Assembly (NCBI RefSeq): GCF_900103165.1 | Contig: NZ_FNKY01000001.1 | Span: 3,442,981 to 3,474,980, forward strand | DNA length: 32,000 nucleotides | Direction of reading: 5' to 3' | Origin: Nitrosospira multiformis | GTDB lineage: Bacteria; Pseudomonadota; Gammaproteobacteria; Burkholderiales; Nitrosomonadaceae | Part shown: piece by piece, positions 25,933 through 32,000 of the stretch | How positions within the stretch are numbered: the stretch's first letter is position 1 | Layout: each line of letters starts with the position of its first letter | Program-made: the position numbers and the translations under genes | Notes under the pieces: generated by a model | What the model saw: the letters and a program-made list of their open reading frames with translations, nothing else | The model's database searches: none | What the model was told of the DNA's origin: nothing

Positions 25933-26523
25933 TCAGGCAGGCGTGGATTTTTGCCGGCCGCGTAAAAAGAACACCGCCGCCGCACCGATGAGGGCCGCGA
26001 TGGCGACGATCAGGTAGGGCGAGGTGCCTTTGGGCTCACCCACCGAGAAGGGGAAGCGCGAGACATATTCTTCCTTGTCGCGTACGGTCACCAGGCCGAC
26101 AAACTTGCCAGGCTGCATGAAGTCGTATTCAAAGTTGATCGAGCCATTGGGGTAAACCTTGGCCGGGATGTGCAGGATGGTGATGGCGTCGAGGTTGCCT
26201 TCGGCGCCCGCCTGCGCGCCGGTATCGCGGATGATGCGCACTTCCGTGGGCAGGGGGCGCAGCGCTTCTTCGATATAGTCGAGGGCGACTACGGTGCGTC
26301 CCGTCGCCGGGATGTCTTCGCAGAATTCTTTTTCTTGCGTGGCTTCCGGCTGGTAGCCGGTAAAGTGCATGGTAAACGGGCCGATCGTGAGTTTGCAGAT
26401 GTCGTCCGCGAGGGACAGTCCGCCGTGCGCCTGTACCGAGGTGGAAAATGGCAGGCCGATCATCGTGAGCATTAGCCCTATCAGGGCAGGTTTCAGAGTT
26501 TGTAAGGACATTATCAAAATCAC
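25933..26523 (-). CDS. amoD: AmoD (orf5; PmoD-family periplasmic copper protein with C-terminal TM anchor)
   Basis: It is the second gene after amoB, as in beta-AOB amoCABED clusters. It has a signal peptide, then HGGLSLADDICKLTIGPFTMHFTGYQP, and a C-terminal anchor YLIVAIAALIGAAAVFFL. It is a clear paralogue of the upstream gene. The track start is GTG 26523; the alternative is ATG 26511. Confidence 0.8.
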   Translation of the reverse strand: MILIMSLQTLKPALIGLMLTMIGLPFSTSVQAHGGLSLADDICKLTIGPFTMHFTGYQPEATQEKEFCEDIPATGRTVVALDYIEEALRPLPTEVRIIRDTGAQAGAEGNLDAITILHIPAKVYPNGSINFEYDFMQPGKFVGLVTVRDKEEYVSRFPFSVGEPKGTSPYLIVAIAALIGAAAVFFLRGRQKSTPA

Positions 26524-26580
26524 CTATAAAGGAATGTTGAATCGTGTATTCTTGCCGTCCGCCTGGGTCCGCCTCTTCGC

Positions 26581-27156
26581 CTAGGAGCGGCGCGAAGCGC
26601 GCCAGCGCTGCATGCGCTTGGATTTCATGAGCTTGTACCCCAGCAGGGTCAGTACTAGCAGGGCGATCAAGGGCCCCACCGCGGTGCGGAATATGTGTGC
26701 ATAGTTGATCATCTGTACCCGCAGGGGATACTGGTAGCGTAGCGGGGGCTGCCCTTCCGCGATGATGATGACCGTGTACAGTCCCTGGTCCAGGCTGGTT
26801 TCTCCCTTGATGACGCCATCCGGGTGGATGCTCGGGCGCAGGTAGGTCACGGTTTCATCGTCGGTCTCGCTGGTGCCTTTGATTACCCGCATGCCGATCG
26901 GCATGTCGCGCAGCGCCAGGTCCACCAGGTCCACCACCAGATAGGTGTCTCCGCTCTTGGGTATTTCCGTGCAGTATTGCGCGCTCGGTTCAAATTGGGG
27001 CTGGTAGGCGCTTAAGTGCACCATGCTGTCGCCGATCCGGCGCACGCAGTTGTCCTCTTCCAATGAGACTTTCCCATGCGCCGCCACCGCGCCGGCGTAA
27101 AGCGCCGTCACCAGGATGAGAGCCGCAGTACCCGCCTGTCTCACTTGCCTAACCAC
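26581..27156 (-). CDS. amoE: AmoE (orf4; PmoD-family paralogue of AmoD)
   Basis: It is the first gene after amoB. HGKVSLEEDNCVRRIGDSMVHLSAYQP aligns with the AmoD motif, and the C-terminal anchor is PLIALLVLTLLGY. The start is GTG with GGGAGGA 7 nt upstream. Confidence 0.8.
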   Translation of the reverse strand: MVRQVRQAGTAALILVTALYAGAVAAHGKVSLEEDNCVRRIGDSMVHLSAYQPQFEPSAQYCTEIPKSGDTYLVVDLVDLALRDMPIGMRVIKGTSETDDETVTYLRPSIHPDGVIKGETSLDQGLYTVIIIAEGQPPLRYQYPLRVQMINYAHIFRTAVGPLIALLVLTLLGYKLMKSKRMQRWRASRRS

Positions 27157-27256
27157 GAGCAGGTCCTCCCGTTTGGATATGACGATGATTCACTTTTTCT
27201 TTCGTCCCCGACCACGCCGATGCGAAGGTTGGGTGGTTTCATTTCACTGGCACATT

Positions 27257-27305
27257 AAAAAACACCGATCCACCCTTCCGTCTGGCGACGGCGGCGGACC
27301 GGTGT
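27257..27305 (-). terminator. Rho-independent terminator downstream of amoB
   Basis: The minus strand reads ACACCGGTCC...(inner CCGTC-GCCA-GACGG)...GGATCGGTGT followed by TTTTT. The outer stem is 10 bp with one G-U pair. It starts 15 nt after the amoB stop. Confidence 0.7.
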
Positions 27306-27319
27306 CATGCTTTGGTTGC

Positions 27320-29403
<2,084 letters not shown>

Positions 29404-29625
29404 TCAAATATGTACGATCTTTAACGTGAAAAATGGGTGCCGCTGCTGCTCAATCCTGGTGCCACTCGAGTGCCGTGGCACGCTGTTTGTGATCCGCCTT
29501 CTGTCTTCCGGGTGCCTTTTCCGGTCTTCGCCGCAGGTTCGAAGGTGTTTGGCCGGTGCTGCCCCCCGCTCTCCGGTGTTGCGGGAGCGGGCGGCCGCCC
29601 GGCCAGGTCTGTCAGGATCTGCCGC

Positions 29626-30453
<828 letters not shown>

Positions 30454-30595
30454 TTACGTTAATCAAGTACCCGCTGCTGCTCTATGCTTTCGCTGACACC
30501 GCCGCTTCCCCGTCTCCTTCCTTACACGAAGATATACGAAGACAGAATGCGCCGCCGCCATATTACTAAACCATTACATACCCACAACCCCGTAA

Positions 30596-30624
30596 AGACT
30601 ATCCCCGAAGATGCGCCAAGTCAA
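30596..30624 (-). promoter_or_regulatory. putative sigma70 promoter of the amo operon
   Basis: The minus strand has TTGACT (30624-30619), a 17-nt spacer, then TAGTCT (30601-30596). This would give a ~150-nt leader before the amoC ATG. Pattern evidence only. Confidence 0.35.
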
Positions 30625-30942
30625 GCAGTTTGTCGGACAGGCAACGGCTGAATCCCCACCCGTCTATCCACCCGGCCCTTGCTTTTTTACGGTTGAGTCC
30701 ATTGTTTTAAGAAAGATGGCAGAAAACGGATTCCCTGTCCTCTTTCCAAAATGAATTGACATGTCCATTCGGCTTCAATTACGACCGCGCATCGGTTAAA
30801 TTGTAAGCATATCTCATGCCAATATAGCCGTATCTTTAGAATCAGCGGGTTGAACATAATTTCCAGATCCCCCGGGCAAAACATGTAAAGAAATCCGACA
30901 TTCTTGAATACCGCGGGGATTGATTGAGCATGCCACTTATCC

Positions 30943-30976
30943 GTCCGTTGCATTGTTTAGTCCGTTGCATTGTTTA
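30943..30976. repeat. perfect 17-bp tandem duplication (GTCCGTTGCATTGTTTA x2)
   Basis: Read directly, in the spacer between the amo promoter region and priA. Confidence 0.9.
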
Positions 30977-31224
30977 CATAGGTGCTCCGCTGTTGTTTGC
31001 AGAACTTGCAAGGATGGTATGGATAGCACGCGTAACGCAAACCGCCGGCCTCCGATCCTGATGATAAGTCATTTGTCATATATGATGACGGCTCTCGCAA
31101 AGGATCTCTACCAGCGTCCTTAATATTGTTGCGGTTCCAATCAACGGAAGATAAATCAGCGGTAGATTTTCAGAGGATAATATTCGGAATTTCCTATCAA
31201 TCCAGTTCCAGTCTCCATCCCAAG

Positions 31225-32000
31225 ATGCCTATCATTCGCGTCGCGCTCGACGTTCCTGTCAATACGTTATTCGATTATCTTGCGCAGGACATAACGGCAC
31301 GGGATATCGGCTTTCGTGTGTGCGTCCCATTTGGAAAAAAGCAGATGATAGGGATGATTATGGAAGTATCCACTCACTCTCTGGTTTCGTCCCCCAAGCT
31401 CAGACATGCCGTTCACATATTCCGGGATATTCCCCCCTGCCCGCGTCATTGCTCGATTTGTTTCGATTTTGCAGTGCCTACTATCACCATCCGCTGGGCG
31501 AGGTGGTAATGAACGGCCTCCCCGGCAGGCTACGCAGTATTAAACCCGTTGTGGCGGATCCTGCCGCCGCCTCCCGATATTGCCTCACGCCCGCAGGACA
31601 CGCAACCAGCCTATCAGCCATTCCCGCTCGTAGTATTGTCAAACGTCGCTTGCTGACAGGACTGAAAGAATCAGGCGTCATGCACATTGAGGAGGTAAAA
31701 CGGCTTTCGCGGCGTGCACCCGCCGTATTGAGGGAATTCATAACACTACGCTGGGTCGAGGAAACATTGGCCGCTCATCCCTCCACCGTGGCTTCCCTTA
31801 GTGAAATAACTTCGCCAGGCCCTGTCCTTACCGCAGATCAGCAAAACGCCGTCAATGACATTGCCGCCAAGATAAGCGACTTCAACACGTGGCTGTTACA
31901 CGGGATTACCGGCAGCGGCAAAACAGAGGTATACCTGCAACTGATTTCGCTACTGTTGCGCCAAGAACGGCAAGCACTGGTACTGGTTCCCGAAATCAAT
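31225..32000 (+). CDS. priA: primosomal protein N' (PriA helicase), apparent frameshift at a C6 run; 3' end beyond the window
   Basis: From ATG 31225: MPIIRVALDVPVNTLFDYLA...VCVPFGKKQMIGMIMEV...HIFRDIPP. This frame then stops at 31507. Shifting by -1 at CCCCCC (31432-31437) continues LPASLLDLFRFCSAYYHHPLGEVV...WLLHGITGSGKTEVYLQLI (Walker A), open to the window end. Both halves match PriA. Confidence 0.85.

Noticed and set aside
30687-31123. 88-aa minus-strand ORF and 67-aa plus-strand ORF between the amo promoter region and priA.
   Set aside because: They have no SD or motifs and overlap the 17-bp duplication. The region is probably regulatory spacer.

Overview
This window looks like a betaproteobacterial ammonia oxidiser: the AmoA/AmoB/AmoC proteins read as Nitrosospira-type from memory, with no database search run. 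It splits into three blocks.

(1) 1-12.7 kb is accessory DNA. At the left edge a membrane protein gene is coupled by an ATGA overlap to a truncated SAM methyltransferase gene. Next comes a ~10.9 kb island integrated into tRNA-Ser(CGA), bounded by a 20-nt direct repeat of the tRNA 3' end (1729-1748 and 12648-12667). The island carries:
- a tyrosine integrase
- a strongly AT-rich orphan P-loop NTPase
- a small serine recombinase
- an RHH-like protein
- two small paralogous lipoprotein genes, one broken by an in-frame TGA
- a secreted, highly charged peptide
- a C5-methyltransferase/restriction endonuclease/Vsr module
- a Cys/His-rich orphan ORF

Two diverged ~145-bp direct repeats bracket the restriction-modification (R-M) end of the island.

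(2) 12.8-23.2 kb is housekeeping: mltF-like, 1-Cys peroxiredoxin, cysG, trpH/yciO, an M50 protease, trpS, scpA, scpB and a ParA-like ATPase. The intergenic spacers hold several perfect short tandem repeats.

(3) 23.3-30.6 kb is the complete minus-strand ammonia monooxygenase cluster amoC-amoA-amoB-amoE-amoD-copC-copD. It is more GC-rich than its flanks and therefore full of spurious overlapping ORFs. It is followed by priA on the plus strand, which appears frameshifted at a C6 run.

The best candidates for something undescribed are the orphan NTPase, the repeat-bracketed R-M module, and the CopD-cytochrome c-degenerate thioredoxin-fold fusion. All functional calls rest on motifs I recognise by eye; no searches were run.
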